Shown here piece after piece: positions 26,781 through 42,309 of a DNA stretch of 64,000 nt (positions are counted from its first letter, which is position 1; each line of letters opens with the position of its first letter). The stretch spans positions 300,886,001-300,950,000 of the forward strand of contig OZ024743.1 of assembly GCA_964016885.1 (NCBI GenBank), given 5' to 3'. Made by a program: the position numbers and the translations under genes. This DNA is from Eledone cirrhosa. Its lineage: Eukaryota. Below the pieces are notes generated by a model, which was not told the DNA's origin, ran no database searches, and worked only from the letters and a program-made list of their open reading frames with translations.

Positions 26781-29140
26781 CTTCTTCTTCTCATCCGCCT
26801 CCTCCTTGCCGATGATGAACATGTAATTTCGGAAAGTATTATCTCCCACCATCTTACTCAAGATCTAACTCTGGGACAATCACCGGTTTGTTTTGCCCAT
26901 AAAAATGTCCAGTGATTCTTTCCTGAGATATTTTAACCATTTGCCCATAGTATAAGAGCTGTGATCTCTAAACTCAGAGAAGTAGCGGCTGATTTCCGAG
27001 TTACGCACTCTAACGAGTGCAATCTAACCTATTTAGGTCGCGTGTATTCGCGATCGTATTCTTTCAGTCATTACCCAAATTTCGTAACCGTAGGTAAGGG
27101 TTGGCACGAATAGCTAATTGAAGATAGCGTGCTTGGCTTTTACGGCTACCCCCCTTCTTCTGATTACTGAGTGCTGAAGCTGTCGCAATACTGACATTCG
27201 TGCAGTTCATTCAGCCCCGTCTTCCATCACTCGCAATCCCTGCCCCGAGATACTGGAACGTCTCTATCTGTGTCAGTGGAACTCCATTTGCATGGAGAAT
27301 GTACTGCACAGGCTTCCCTTACAGAACGAGGGTCTCAGGAATCGCAGCAGTTGTTTTCATTCCAGACATGCAGCACTCGGTTTCCAACCTACCGAGTGCA
27401 AGACGTAGACCTCCTGCTTTCGATTGTGAAGTAAAACAATGACGCTTGAACATTCTAGTCGACTGATTTTACACCCACCAATTATGATACCATTTAAAAC
27501 CCAGCTACTCATGTCAATCCTGTCCATGTAAATAATAAAGAGGTGAGATGACAATACAGTATTATCATTCCCGAGTGGCATTGTTTGGATGCATTTCCAG
27601 AGATCCAGGCAACATGACTCACACGAACCACCTAGCGAATTCCTTTCCTTTTAAGGCTTTTAACACCTCAGACCGGATTTATCTTCCCCAGTGACATTGC
27701 CATATTTGAGCTCTTTAACTGCTCGTGTGACCTCAGGCTCGGAGAGTATAATCTACGCTCCCGGATGCACCTCGTGTACATCAGTAGCTGATCAGCAATG
27801 TATTCTCTCTATCTCGCAGTGATGCACCCCAATAAAGAAAGAAAGGCCCCAGAGGCATTCTTGATAGCAGATGTATTGGAGATCATCTTATTACGAAGTC
27901 GCTGATTGGTCTGCCAGGACACTTTCTTTGCTGATCTGAAGTTGGATTCTACCTTAATCTCAAAGTCCATCTATGTATTAACTTTAGATCCCTTTGTTGC
28001 TTAGTGCATGAAGGAGGACATATTCCCAAGCCAAACTTGTAAGCCTCCTTCTTTGAGTGGATGTTGACGTTTTGACATCATGATTGAACCAAGGAACACA
28101 TCTTACATCCACGCAACACCCCTCCTATTTTGTCAGCAGCATTTAACTGCTGTAGCAGAATTGCTGTGTTGAACAATCTCTATTTTGTCACCACATCCTC
28201 AGTTTGCCTAGGGAGTTCTCTGAATTTGGATGCAATATTATCTGCATACATGCGCCCGACTTCCTTATCCAACAATGCTTCTCATTTTATCCTCTAGGTC
28301 GCCCGTACCTGCCAACTTTGTTGGCTACCCTGGCTTTCGGTTGTCTCAAGCTGCAGATAACTAGATTCTAATCAGTTGAATGCTCAGCTCTTCTCTTAAC
28401 TCGAACATCAAGCACAGAATTGTAGAGATCAGAGAAAATAAAATCAATTATAGATCTCTCTCCCGTATTCCTCTTATACCATGTATATTTACAGATGTCC
28501 CTGTACTGGAAGGTGTTCATCATAGAGACCCCCCACCATTGCTAGAACAAGGCCTATCTATTCCTTCCAGTGAAACCTTTCCATGTCAGATGGTCAATGG
28601 CAACATGTGTATTGAATTCTACCATCAGGCTATATGATATATACATCTAACGTTGCTGTGACTTCATCAAGGAAGGACCTGTATTCTGATTTCTTGTTTT
28701 CTGCATAAATGTGTACCACTCACAGAGGCGTGTCATTCTGGCTAAGCTTCAAGGGGCAAATTATGCCTCCTAACTAGATCCAGTCCATAACACATTATGA
28801 GAACCGGGAGGTTGTGAATATCCGCACTTACACCTGTGCCGTCATTTCTTGTCACACATGAATACTGGCTTGTTGATCCTCCATCAAAATCTACAGTATC
28901 AGAGGAACAGAGCTTTATTTAGGAAACTCCGAAAATATGTTGCCGGTAGCATCTAGGCTCCTCCATTATTTCATGTTCCTTATTTGTAAGGGTTGTGATG
29001 TTCCAGATTCCAACGTTTAATGTTTGCTCCCTTCCAGACATTCGTTGGGGTCTTGGGATACACGATCTATGTGCGTCCATCCCAAGCCTCTCAGGATAGG
29101 TTTCAGACCTATCGCTAGTTTTTGCAGCATGGCATGGCAA
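26781..29140 (-). mobile_element. Heavily decayed RTE-clade LINE (APE to 3' tail)
   Basis: TLNVGIWNITTL..KEHEI (APE start, ORF 28919-29140), LSSHLFIIYMDRI (RT, ORF 27357-27581), and a (GAA)n tail at 26781-26790. Confidence 0.7.
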
Positions 29141-29169
29141 CTGTAATATATTTTTCGAACAGGCACCAC

Positions 29170-29330
29170 TATCTAAGTCCTGAACGAGTCCCTTTTTAAC
29201 GCGCGCGTAGGATCATGTGATATGGTTCTTTTTCGTTTGTTTCATCATATTGCAATTTCAGGGTTCTTATTCGTGTCAGTCAGCAATCCGGTTCTGCGTC
29301 AAACCCGGGAAGTCTAAAGATGCACATAAA
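29170..29330 (+). mobile_element. Mariner transposon 5' remnant
   Basis: QSAIRFCVKPGKS resembles the mariner transposase N-terminal EQRxxIKFCxKLGKS motif. Confidence 0.4.
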
Positions 29331-30312
29331 CATGTATTTTTAAATATTACAGAAGATCTATATAACATTCTTGCCAATATATTGGATACTCACGTATAGC
29401 AATAACATACTGTCAGAGGAGCAGTAAAAAGGCGGTAAGGTGATGCATGATTGTGATAATCAACTAATACAAAACGGATTATTACACAGACAAAACAAAT
29501 GGCAAACATATTTAACCTTATTCCCGATTTGGTTTCCAACGTTTATCGCATTGAACAGTGTTTAAATAAGGGAAAACTCAGGTTAGTTCCTGGAATCAAC
29601 AAATTTAATCAGAACCACGCCTATATGTTGTAAGGACCAGATTAAAATGATACACTAAAATCACATTTATGACAAGATAAAAGGAAAATATCAACAGTGT
29701 GAACCAAATACAAGGAAATAAGCTAAAATATAAGAATATATAAAACCATCATAGTCGTGGACAATAGATTCAATCTAATTAAATAAGCCATCAGGGAATT
29801 AAGGCAGTTAGACAGAAGAGTCAGAAACCTATACACACTTTCCAAAAACAGGAAATATTTGTTTAATTACAATATAGAGAATATAAATAATAGATACGAA
29901 GAAAGAACTACGGTAATACGACATCATATGACTAGGTTAAATACACAAATCCAATGGATTCTGAAGGAATAGTTAACATAAAGTAAATTACATGCATTTA
30001 TCTATTAATGAGAAACAATAAATAATAAATACAGAGCTTACAATAGCGAATAATTCAAATTCCTAGAAATAATTATCAAAAATAATTTCTTAACTTAATA
30101 TTTTTGTAGGTGAATTGATCTGAGCAGAAGCCCTCTAATCTGCATCCACAGCACAATAATAACTACCCACAGCTGTAACAAAAAGGCATATAGAAACTAA
30201 TCCGAAATCGGCAAAATTGAATATTAGCAGGTTAGGCAACAGACTATAGCCGTCGCTACGCAAATCCAAACAAGAATGAACGCCATCACAATGACACACG
30301 ACACACCAGTAC

Positions 30313-30343
<31 letters not shown>

Positions 30344-32890
30344 AACCAAACGTTTACATTATTCTCCTTCGATATTTTCACGCATCTGAAGGTCCTTAAA
30401 AAAGGTGAAGGCAAGATAAATAATAAAGGAATCTTTTGAAATCTGTGATATAAATTTGCATGAAACTGCTGAAAAATAAGCATGTTCTACAATTGTGTGT
30501 TTGGTGTCCTAATTATGCTATTTAAAGCAAATAAGATCTGCACGGATTGTATCCAGCAATTCCGGTACCAAGCAGCTGAATTGTAGTTGGCAGGGACTAT
30601 ATGTGCGAGAGGATAAGCACTAAGTTTGCACGGCCTGCCTTTCAACGGTGATGGATATAGGATTTAGTGTAGATTGATTCACCCGTCTTGTGGCAGTCGT
30701 TGCTCACAGCTGTAAAAAAAAGACTGGATATATTCAAAAACCCGTTAGCCTGATAGGTTATACTGTTGAGATTGAACGAGAAAGAAATACGCCAGCAGTT
30801 TCCTAAACACTAATATAATGATCATTAATGTTTATGTGTAGCGTTTTCATCCCTGTGGTGGAAGGAAACGCGCAGATTTTGCGATTTCTTACAATTAACC
30901 ACAACAGACACTAACACTTTCAATCCGTGGCCCGGTTTGCTGCTCGTAAAATGAATTTAGACGATGCTCGGATGCACATTAATCAAACCATATATTTTAA
31001 TAAGGGTGATTATTCGCAAGTGCAGTCCTGATTCAATGCAGACGATTTATGTCTTATTTTTACAGACTGTGGGCCATTAACGTATTGCGCCAGTCAAACG
31101 AAATATCCACTTATGGAAAGATATTCAAAGTTAAGTGATCGGTCACGTGGGTATATATGTGGTCTTGAACCATGTCTGTAATTGCATGAGGTAATGAGTG
31201 GAAACCTTCTTGAACTGCAATGTGAAAAACCATCTGAAACACGGCCTACGCTGTAACTAGAACAAGCAGTGTACTTATGCTACGTAGCCTTGATAGATGC
31301 GAATATATCGGCTTCTATTTTGGTTCAGAAGACCTAATATTCTAATGAGGTATATGGGGATTATTTCTGGGCTTCTGTATGATATATATTAAGTTTACAA
31401 CAATAGCGTCTAGGTCTGTCCAAATATAGGTTAATGGATATCTATCACTGTACATATTAAGGGTGACGAAATCATTTAATACATATATTACCCCTGTACT
31501 TTATTACTCGGTAAATCTTTGTTTTTCATTGCCCTAGCTCTCATTTAACGAATCTGAAATGTATGCGTTTTTCCCTAATTTGGTAATAGTGTTTTCCATT
31601 GATGAAACGGTCCATACTCCAATAAGCGTGGACTACTTACAGAGCCATAGTTTTGGCGAATGAAGATATTCACTGAATAGCAATTGTTTGGACATGTCGA
31701 AAATGTAAAGAGAAGGATAAAGCTATTCTACACGAACTTGTTAAATTCCCAGCTGTATAAAATATAATAATTTGGAAGAGTGGCATTCAGTTGTAACCTT
31801 AAACAACAGTCACTTATAACCGTGAATCAACTATATTATACATCTTTTACATTATAGACTTATGATGAAGTCAAGCATCCCAGGTGAAGTATCCTACACT
31901 CTGTTATTATTAATTCAAGAAATAACACATAAAATAACAAACTAAGTGTTGGAAATAATGATAATATGGAAGGGAAATATAGAATAAACATATTAGAAGT
32001 GAAACAGATATTCCTGGGCAATAGATATTTATATTAATTTCATATACCGAGGGACATACTTTCACTCCCAACCGTGGTAGTGACTATGGTTGTATAATTC
32101 TTCATTTACCAAGAGACATACATTTAATCCCAACGGTGTTATTGACTATGATATTTTTTTTATTTCCTCTGTGTTGGTGGACTCTTCACCTGTAATGGTG
32201 ATAAGATCTATTCAGTTGCAACTATACATATAGCGATATTTACTTTGTCGTATAAACATATATTCGCATTACGACAGAAGATCAGAAAAGAAATAGTAGT
32301 ATAAACACCCACACACTTACCACATAGACACAGGCACACACATGCTTACGCTCACACGAGATTTTATGGTATGTAAAATTACAGAAAACTGCAGGGACAT
32401 GTTACACTATAATTGTGTATTAATCATAAATGCGAAATAAAAACGAATACAAATATAAATATTAAGCGAATGGAAAAGTGCAAAAATAAAAGTATGGTGT
32501 GGGCAGTGAAATGAAACGAAACGAAGTATAGCAAAAATATGAAACTTATATCTCAAGTTGGTAAAACATATTCCATCATAAATATTAATCTTAATTTTTT
32601 TTAAGAACCGCAACGTTATGTATATATGTTTCAAGTAGTAGGCATTTTTCTTAATATTCTGAATATATAATAAGTGCATAACTGCTAAAGTATTCTTTTT
32701 AGATTCGGAAATATGGGGCAATAAATTGAACATGGTGGTAAGAGACATAAAAATCTACAGATATCCTAACAGACATTTCGAGATATAAACTTACACCTCA
32801 TAAAATGTGAGGCTGACGTTATTACTTTTTTTCATTTATTATTGATATAACTATTACTATTATTTTTTTTGTTTTTGTTATCATTATCAT

Positions 32891-32922
<32 letters not shown>

Positions 32923-33258
32923 TTAGAATTTCAACTAGCTACTTCGAAGGTTTATCGTTACAGGTCTGAACATTTTTCTCATTTCAGATATTCGAACACA
33001 TGTATAGTAAAGACAATATCACATTCATGTAAATAGGCCCGTCCAACTCTGTATACTGGAAAAATAGCGAACATCAACATTCGGTTATTAAGAGAAAATC
33101 TCTCCCTAAATTTTAGTCACTAGGCTGAACTAGCATTTTTGCATAAAAACAGCCAAAACGCATTTCTCACTTATAATTTTAATTCTGTAACTGTAAAAGA
33201 GGAAATAACACACAAGAGCAACAGTACAACATTAACGGAAAATTTCAATAAAACAAAA

Positions 33259-33261
<3 letters not shown>

Positions 33262-33336
<75 letters not shown>

Positions 33337-33435
33337 GAGGGCGAGAGAGAGGGAGAGAGAGAGGGAGAGAGAGAGGGAGAGGGAGATATGGAGAGAGAGG
33401 GAGGGTCGAAAGAGAAAGAGAGAGGGAGAGAGAGC
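33262..33435. repeat. Compound (TA)n(TG)n(GA)n microsatellite
   Basis: Direct reading. Confidence 0.95.
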
Positions 33436-34999
33436 GAGCGCAATAAGATAAGTGAGAAATCAACCCCAACACGACGATCACCGCAACCAAGGGCATAATA
33501 ACAACAATTACTGCATTTCCGCTACTGAAATACGAATTTGATAAATCACCTAACTCTACTACAACAGCCTCGACAAAAATAAAAATAGCAGCTTCGTGTT
33601 CATATTTCACCAAAGCTGTCACTTTGCCTCTCCAAATAAATTAAATGCCATACAGCTCTTAGCGAATAATGTCAACCAGGCAATGTACATGATCGTACCG
33701 GTCAACGGACAGGAATAAAACAATTGTAATTGTAATGTACAGGTACATAGTCACCACTTGTTCCAATAATACAGTTAGAAGGTACGAAATAAAACAAACT
33801 GTCATAGTCCAAAATGTGATCGAAATAGAAATATTTGAGACAATGTATGTGTGGTTCCCAGATGAAGCAAACGTCAGATAAAATTTCACTACTTCTTTAA
33901 AAAGCTAATAATTCCCACTAATTTCATTATACATTGTCTGCTCCAAGACACTTTTCCAGAGAAGACGGATGCCCCAAACAGCACCAACACTACAAACACA
34001 ATCCAATTCACACAATATAATGAAAACATCAACTAAATCTGCCGTCCAAAAGAGTTAATCCTTGACTAAGAGCGACCGTATCGCCTATATAGGATATGGA
34101 CATGCTTCGGGTCTATAAATTAGGGATGGAATCATGTATTAATGTTTATAGATGGGGATGGTCATTGTCACCCAAACCAGCTTTTGGAAAAATTCCTTCA
34201 TCTGATAGATTTTCTCTTTGTTGTTAAGCGATGGGGATACAAATCATCTGTTAAAGAAAGTCGGTAGAAAGACATATTATCAAATATGAATGGCGCCATC
34301 ATGTCACACCTAAAGGCTCTATGCGCATAGCAGGACACGGATGAAGGAAGTGTCCCACGTTTTCCAAAAAGGCATTCCTCACAGAGAATAATCAGACAAG
34401 CCGGAGCTGGAAAAGTGACTGCAATAACAGCTGCTGCAGCAACAGCTTCGACAGCAGCTCCTATATAAATAAAAACTCCTATAACACCAACACCATTATA
34501 ACTAAGCAAAAACAACACTTCAACACAGAACATGCCTCACCAGTTTATAATTCTCCACAATACCCCCTGACTGTGAGAGACGGATGGGCGTTGACTGTTT
34601 ATATCTAAATGAAATGAAGTGACAGAAAAAACGAAAATAACCAAACAAAACCGGTACATACAAAATTGTCTGGTGTAAACAAACTTTGATGAAAATAGAA
34701 AGAGTAATACTAAGTCCACCACCATGACTAAAAGAGCAACACTATAAACACCACATCAATGGAAATTCGAATCAAACAGAAAACATAATTATCATTAACT
34801 GTACATCAACAGATAAAAAAAAAACAATAATTAATATATATCAACACAAACAACATTACACATGCAAATCATTAAAATAAACTAAAGAAATATGACTTTC
34901 TAAAAAGAAAATAATGGAAGGAATCTGAGAATTTTGAGGTAAGGAAGTATCCACAATTAACTGGAAAGAGGAACAAACCATCCTTCTTGGAGAATAAAG

Positions 35000-35620
35000 T
35001 ATGTGACACTTTACCCTCTCTCTTTATCTAAAATGTTCTTACTCAGAATAAGCAGTGCACGTCTAGGTGTTCAAGGGTCACGTTGGACGAAAGATCATCT
35101 GCAAAATGAAATCACGTTTATAAATATAGATGTGGTTGGTAAAACCACGAGAAGAATAGCCATCTTCGGGGGCTATTATGTGTACACATCGACATATCGT
35201 CTCACATTATATCAGCTCTTGACATACAGAATGTTTAAATTTCTCTTGATGTGGTTTTGTCCAATTTGTCTACAAAGACAAAACTGGGTCACGTTCAGGA
35301 GTAGGTGTGAAACATTACATCCAGAAATGTGGTGTAGGAAATGTTCCATAAATGGTCTAGCACGTATGGCGTATGCCTACATTTTAGCCATCATCTAATA
35401 ACAGTACCAGACAGCCATGCATTGCCAAACTTCATATCTGACTCAATTGGACGTCCATTCTTTTGCGTTTTGTGATAGGAGTGCATTCCACTGCTCCGGT
35501 AATTCGTTTGCTCTTAACACCCGTTGGACGGTGGAGTAGGGATGGAATGGTTGATAATAGATAGTCTAAGGAGTATTTTTCCACGTGTCACTTTCACCGA
35601 GCTGCAATCGTTGGTAACAC
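35000..35620 (-). pseudogene. Possible very old PLE RT remnant
   Basis: Minus-strand RQIG and RRYVDV motif remnants in PLE order near 35270 and 35190. Confidence 0.3.
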
Positions 35621-36039
35621 CAAGAACGAGAGCAGCGCTAGAGAAATAAAAGGTCGGCAATCGTCTATATCCCTTTGTCGGTTGGTGAAGTTTGTAGGTA
35701 GAATTTCAAATTTCGTGTTGTATATAGGATAACTTGTGTTTAAAACGATAACGTTTTATGTGAGTAGCTTGAACTTAGGTAAAATCAAATGACTATTCGA
35801 CCGAGGACATTTCCCTTGTATGCTCTATGTAATTCTAAGTCATTGGGCTTTGGTTATACATCTGTCCATGTTTGTTTTTGTTTTTTTAATTCCCAAAGCA
35901 ATTATTATGATAAGTATTATTTCGTTTTTCATCATCCATATTCGTGTTATTTCGACCTTACTGAGTCGATAAAATAAAGTAGCAATAATACACTGGGATA
36001 ATTGTTGGCCTTGTGCCAAAAGCAGAACCAGTTATTTCT

Positions 36040-38860
36040 ATATTTAGATCTTTATATATAGAGAATTTCTCCATTCTGTTAGTCGATCTATTTCCTTTTG
36101 TGGTGATTCATTCGTAAATGGGAAAACACTTTTACACTTTAACACAATATTATCCGCTCGATTAACATAGATCTCCCTGTCTGGGTGTATTGGCATATCA
36201 CAGAATTTTGTTGTTTTGTGAATCCCTAAAACCTTCCATGCTGTGAGCACATACCTTCTTTTTCTTGGTCTTCCGTAGTGTTGCATTAACATCTATTTCA
36301 TAGCAAATGTAACTCTATCATGTATGTGGATATATTCTTTTTGGGTTAGACTTGGTAGCTACGGATAATATGGGTAACTCTTTCACTCCCCTCCTCAAAA
36401 TATTCTGTTGTTACTTACTGCGTTTTGTTTAATTAAGTACGTCTTGTAGTGAGGGTTTGGTCTTGTGGTGCGGTTTGAAATCATTCCTCTCAGCTTTTAG
36501 TCAATTGCGTCATAGTTAATTTTGTGGAATTTTCTTTTATCGGGTATTATATATATATGTTAACAAGTTATGTTAGTGTTTCATACTTCATTTCATTTCC
36601 CTCACAGTTATCAGTCAATCCAGCTTCTCTCGGGAATCTGTTGGCTTCCCTGGAGACAGAGAACAATCGGTTTTGTTTTATTCAGGTTTCCTGCCTATTT
36701 CTATTAACTTCCCCTTGCTCTTCATTAGATGCGTTTTTAGTTCTACAGTACTTATTTAAAAATAAATCTTGTCGCTTAAGGCGCTCCTTTCTCGTTTCGT
36801 CTGTGGTAGTTATACACTTACTGATTCTGTAAGGTGTAATCTAAATGCAGTCATTATTTCTCTTGGCTTTCTTTCTATTCCTGTTAGTTTCTTTACTGTC
36901 CAGTTCAGAATATTAAACATGTGGCTTATTACTAGGATAGCTAGAGTATTGATATAAATTACCTTATTCTATGCAAATATTTCTCCTTAAAATATTAATA
37001 TAACCCGTCAATAGGATTCCATTCTAATCTTTTCATATGTGTATGATGGAATCTATCTAATTCGTTAATTTCTAAGTATTTGTATATTTGTGTTTGATCT
37101 AATGCTCTTATCTCACTTACTTTACTTACAATGATATTAGTGTTTTTTCAATAGTTCCTCTCGACAGAGTTGTCTTGGTACACTTGTCTTTTCCAAATTT
37201 CATACTTACCTTCGCGCACTTTCCTTTTCCAGATTCCAAGCCTATTTCATTTGTTAATCCGGGTATAGTTTGTAGCAGTTATTGAATTTGCCTCTTGTAT
37301 GTAGCATACATATTTAGATCAGCCATATACTGGATTTGATTAATTTGCTTACACAGTCTAGTACTCTTTAATGTCTCTAAATATGGTGTTAGTGCGAGGC
37401 AGGAAAACATTGTAGTGATAGGGATTCCCTTTGAAATATTCTATTGATTGGTATAGTCTAAGGTTTTTTCATAGTTTCCTGCTTCGTTTCTATTTGCAGA
37501 ACAGTCTATCAGTTACTCGTAGCATGATAGATAAAGATTTTGTTTTATTGTTGCGGCTACTTCATTCATAGTTAGAGTGTTCAGTTTCTAGGTTTGTGTA
37601 ACACTGCCAAACACCTTCTGGTAGTCAATGGATGCCTTACTGAAGCTTTCATATGTTGTTTGTTTTTATGGATGTAATGATTAACAACATGTCTGCACAG
37701 CCATATATGCATTTGCAGCATCCTTTCTCGAAGCAGGCTGTGTTTTCTCCCTGGTATTCGGTAAGTTTCTATGTAGCTGGATGACATGGTTGTGGCAGTG
37801 AGGTTCTGGCTCTGCCTGCTCCTCATTAGAATGTTTGTTAGCACACCATGTGCACCATTTAAATGTTTCCACCAAGGTTTTATCATCTTGTTATGTCTCA
37901 GCGCATTGCAACTTCTTACTGTTTACAATGAACTATACATTCCATCACTTTTAATATCTACTCACAGTTTTGTAAGTGCTGATTTCATTGTTCTTGCTAG
38001 CTCTGTGCATGGTAATTTCCCTCTCTCCTGCTTACATTCTTCTCCAGAACTCCTCCACTTCTTTCATTTTGGGGGATGCATTTACTGCTATTGTTTCCTA
38101 CTAGGTTCCACGTAGTGTCCTTTGGGGTTTGAGTGGAATAGCTGGGCCTGTTCACAAGACTTTTGGCTCTCTTCATATCTCAGGATTCTCTGTACATTTG
38201 CAAGTATTTGTTGATACCGGGATTTCTTGTTCTATTACATCATATTTCTTTAGTATTTTAATATTTTAATATTCATAGTTGTCTTGTATTCTTTGCCAGT
38301 TCTTTTACGATTTAAAGATCGTTTCTTTTATTCCCTATTTACTTTTTAAAATTTGCCTTCCATGTGTGTATGTGTTGTGCTATAATTGCTCATGTAGATA
38401 AACGGGGGTACCTACTTTACTTCCTAAAAACAGCGGCTGTTCCATATATGTTATTTAGTCTTGGGATGCTAATATATCTATTGATTTTTATTAATTCTTA
38501 GATGGTTAGATTACCTTTTTTATATATGTTGCTTTATGTTTTTTTTATTAATAGTTTTCGTCGTGGTCCATAGGAAGATTTTCTATTGTTTGGAATTCTT
38601 GGATTGCTTCCAGCTTTATCATATTTTGGTCTTGAATTTCGACTGCAAGGTTTATTTTTCCATCTTTCTTCTGTATTTCATTTAAATTGTAGTATTGACT
38701 GTGTTGTTCTCAGTCAGATTTTGTTGGTCAGTCCTATGTAAGTCTTTTAGGATCCAGGCTTCTGGATTGTTTCGTTTACTTTATTTGTTCCTGATATATT
38801 GGTTTTATATTTATGTTTAAATTTGTTTATTTCATTATGCGTTGTTGTTGTGTATTACTT
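36040..38860 (-). mobile_element. Decayed R4/Dong-clade LINE
   Basis: DMPIHPDREIYVNRAD (REL region, ORF 36044-36292), IFQRESLS..LALTP (~37390-37450), FGKDKCTKT and YKYLEI remnants. Confidence 0.7.
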
Positions 38861-39689
38861 GTATAGAAAAGCAGCAACATTTGCAGGAAGCGCGACTGGC
38901 GAAACAACTAGAACAACACCAACAATACCAGCATGAGGTTGAACATCAACTGCTGTAGCGTATCACATAAGTTTACTACAACGATATGCAAAAGAGGTTT
39001 GAGTTAAGAAGTTGGGTACATTTATTTACGAATGGAGAAGGGGTATTTCTTGATAATATTCCCTTTTTCAGTATGTACTGACATTACATGTTGTCATTAA
39101 TCCTTGTGCACAATGTCATCGCCGCCATACTTAATGTTCCAGGAATGCAACATAGGAGAAATCGTCAAATGCCTAGTGTTTCTATCGACTGTCTTATCCC
39201 AACAATTTTGTTACATTATGACGAATAATTAATCCTTATATCCGTGAATCTCGTGTTAACATTTATACACATTAAACTAATTAGGTCATATGAACATTTT
39301 TGTGCGTTTGACCATTATTTAAATAATTGGATTACGTTGTGGCTAAAGGAAGTTTGGTTATAAGACAGTAACTTTTAGGGCTTTCTGTGTTTTTAATCTT
39401 GCACAGTAAGACAGTTTTCCATTGATGTACTAGTCAATTGTTGTTTCGACTGTGTCAATGTCTTATTAATCACCTATTTTCATACGTCGTGTGATACTGT
39501 TTACAATTACTGCAAGCTTTCTGCGATTTTAACGTCTTGCTATTTGTTTTTGCAGATTTTAAATGAAATAATTTGTAATTTTGGGCTTCTGCGATTGTTT
39601 ATATGGTATATAATTCGTATCTAAAACATCGAGTATCCTTACATTCCACTTGATATTTTCCTAATTATCTGGCTTGAGATACATTTTTG

Positions 39690-40570
39690 TTCTTCTCTTC
39701 TTCATTTCTGTCCTCTTATTCTTGTGAGTGTTTTGGGTCAGAGTCTTCAATCACGCCTACCAGTGTGTCCTAACTAAAGCAAGCATCTTCAATTGATCCA
39801 ACTGGATCCCCAATTCAGAACGGCCACGTACCTGGATGCTATCCTACTCCTGTGTCTCCTGCCGATTTGTTGTGCCCATAAAATCTATTCCGTGATTGCT
39901 TCTTTTGATGTTCTGACCACATGCCCCTAGTACCTTAGTTGTGACCTCTTAATTCATAGGAACATCGTTTGTGCCTGGACCGACTTCAGGACCCCCGAGC
40001 TACACACTCTATGGAATAACGCTATATCAACTATTAAATGGAGGAAAAATATTCGGGTCCTGTATTCGTAGTCGTATTTTTTGGTTCAATAACAAAGATG
40101 CATGGTATGGATCGGTATGAATACTGATTCTAAGATAGTGGCTTTGGCTTTTGCACCTAGCTACTATCTTTTGATGACAGAAGGCTAAAGTTTGCACATC
40201 ACTGTACAGGCTAACGATATATTAAATTCTTTAAATAGAGATGGTATTCCCTGGCTGAATCATGTGTGACTTTTGGGCGGCATCTCTGGAAAAGTGTCTA
40301 ATCAATGGCAATTGGGAATGATAGTCCATATTTTCAAAAACTGACACAAAAAAAATCATTGCTCTAAGTATAGAAGCATCTCCTTGTAATACAGCGCTGG
40401 TATAATCTACACTACGTACCAGGCATAGAGGATTAGGGAGATTGTCGATTCCAAACTAAGTGACGAATAGTGTTGTTTTCACCGAGGATGCTACTCGGCC
40501 GACCAAATATTCATACTGTGGCAGATCTTTGAGAAACGCTTCTAGTATTGTCAGGATGTGTGAGCCTGTT
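39690..40570. mobile_element. Two RTE-like fragments (3' end on -, ~39690-40020; RT part on +, ~40200-40570)
   Basis: CT-rich tail at 39690. + strand reads WQLGMIVHIFK..CSKYRSISL..DQIFILWQIFEK. Confidence 0.55.
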
Positions 40571-40571
40571 T

Positions 40572-41378
40572 CTAGACATCTGCTGTTATCGGCCTTTCGC
40601 AGCATTGTGCTGCGGTCGCTGAGAGCCGCGGCAGTCCGTCAAGGTATGCACCGAAATCCATACTCCGATCCTGTCCGGCGCCGCCCCCGAACAATCGAGC
40701 AAAGTGCTGTTGAAAAGCCTCAAACATCTGCTCGTGTTCGAGCAATATACATCCGTATTGATCAGGCAAAGACCGTATCATGGATTTGTTGCCATGTCGT
40801 GCCTCCACCACACGAGCCCATTGAACGGTTTTCGTCCCTTCGTGTCTCAGACCATGCGCTCTAGCTCTGACAATGCATCCTTCATGCTTTGCCTTGAAGA
40901 ATTGGTCGAGTGCCAATCTCACAGCAAGCACGTCGGTTGCGATGCCTGTCCTAAACGCCTCTTCTAGTTTTCTAATTAGCTCTCCTTCTACACTATTTTT
41001 CTCTATCCCTACTCCTTTGCTGAACCTTATCGATTCTACTCTAATAGTCCCTGTCAGGGTAAACCACCACCTGTTGTTGACGATCGCACGCGTTAACGCA
41101 CGCTTAACCAATTCGCTAATCCGGTCTCTGTAAGTTTTGCGCGCCGGGGAAGAGACGTTCAGCTTCCAGTAACCGGGCACTTGCTTATAGAGTCTATCTA
41201 AGTCAACCTCATAGGTCACGAATTTGTGGTCCCTGTAGTCGACTACTTTAAATTGTGGATAACGTACACTAGCCTTATCTGTTTCCCTACAGAATACCAT
41301 ATCTAAATACTATCTGGATGACCTGATGCGGTTTGCCCATGTCCACATTGGTACATTCGGATAATCCAGTCTATACCT
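40572..41378 (-). mobile_element. Tx1-like LINE ORF2 fragment (end of APE to pre-RT)
   Basis: ORF 40572-41300 (DHKFV, PGYWKLNVS, GCIVRARA) is homologous to 60160-60940 and abuts (ATA)n. Confidence 0.85.
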
Positions 41379-41429
41379 GTAATAATAATAATGATGATGA
41401 TAATAATAATAATAACAATAATAATAAGA

Positions 41430-42125
41430 GAATGAAAGAAGACGCACGTGGTGGATAGAGTATTATGGAATCGCTCCCGTAAGTTTTTGATTTCTAACAT
41501 ATTTAAACAATTGTGATATAACAATTCTTAGTACAAATGTCAGGAAAAGGGAAAAACCCATAACACCCTGGCATATGGCTCAAATATTCAATTTTGTATT
41601 AGAAATGTTATAATAAAAAAAGGAAAATGGTTATAAATAAAAGAAAACCCCTTCTGTCTACACTAAATAGAACATTCAAGCAACGACAATTTCACCACCA
41701 CAACCTAGATACGCCACCTACTACCCCCTCCATGTACACTAAATACAACATCCAGATAATGGCCATTTCACCACCACCAATCCCAGCATAATAATAATAA
41801 TTATTATTGTATCTCAAGTTTTCTCAAAATGTTTAATTCAAATATTAAGGAAATATATCAACATATATATTAAACAAAGGCGAAAAACCGCATAGATATA
41901 CATATCAAACAAACGCATACTAGCGACAGCCTATTCAACAGAATACAGTGGCTACAACGCCTTCACTATAGTACCACTATCCCACCACCGCCGCCACGAT
42001 TAAATCATTGCTCCCTCCACTATTCTCCCACTTCCTCTGTTAACTTAAGAAGGGGAAGGTTGCGGTAACACGAGATAACGGAGAGGCTAACAAAAGATAT
42101 AAATAGACTGACGTAGTGACTCGGC
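41430..42125 (+). repeat. Unclassified non-coding repeat, second copy at ~48960-49570
   Basis: Shared TATGGAATCGCTCCCGTAAGTTTTTGATTT, TTAATTTTG.AT.AGAAATGTTATA, (CAC)-rich tract and AAAAGATA.AAATAGACTGA. Confidence 0.65.
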
Positions 42126-42309
42126 TAAAAGTTAACGGCTATGGCAATGAAGGTACCCACCAACAATAGAAAAAACAACAACACCGGTATAGCCAACAAC
42201 AATAACAGAGGCAACTTCAACAAAAAATATATTATATTATTAATAATAATTTCTTTCTTAGTCACGTGGGGCTCACATTAAGGAACCACTCATGATAATA
42301 ACAATTTAA

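Noticed and set aside
30450-31450. GC-richer stretch that may be an old transposon
   Set aside because: No open frame or diagnostic motif was recognisable by eye.
32970-33035. Possible host exon after TTTTCTCATTTCAG
   Set aside because: Weak donor site, no recognisable peptide and no neighbouring exons.
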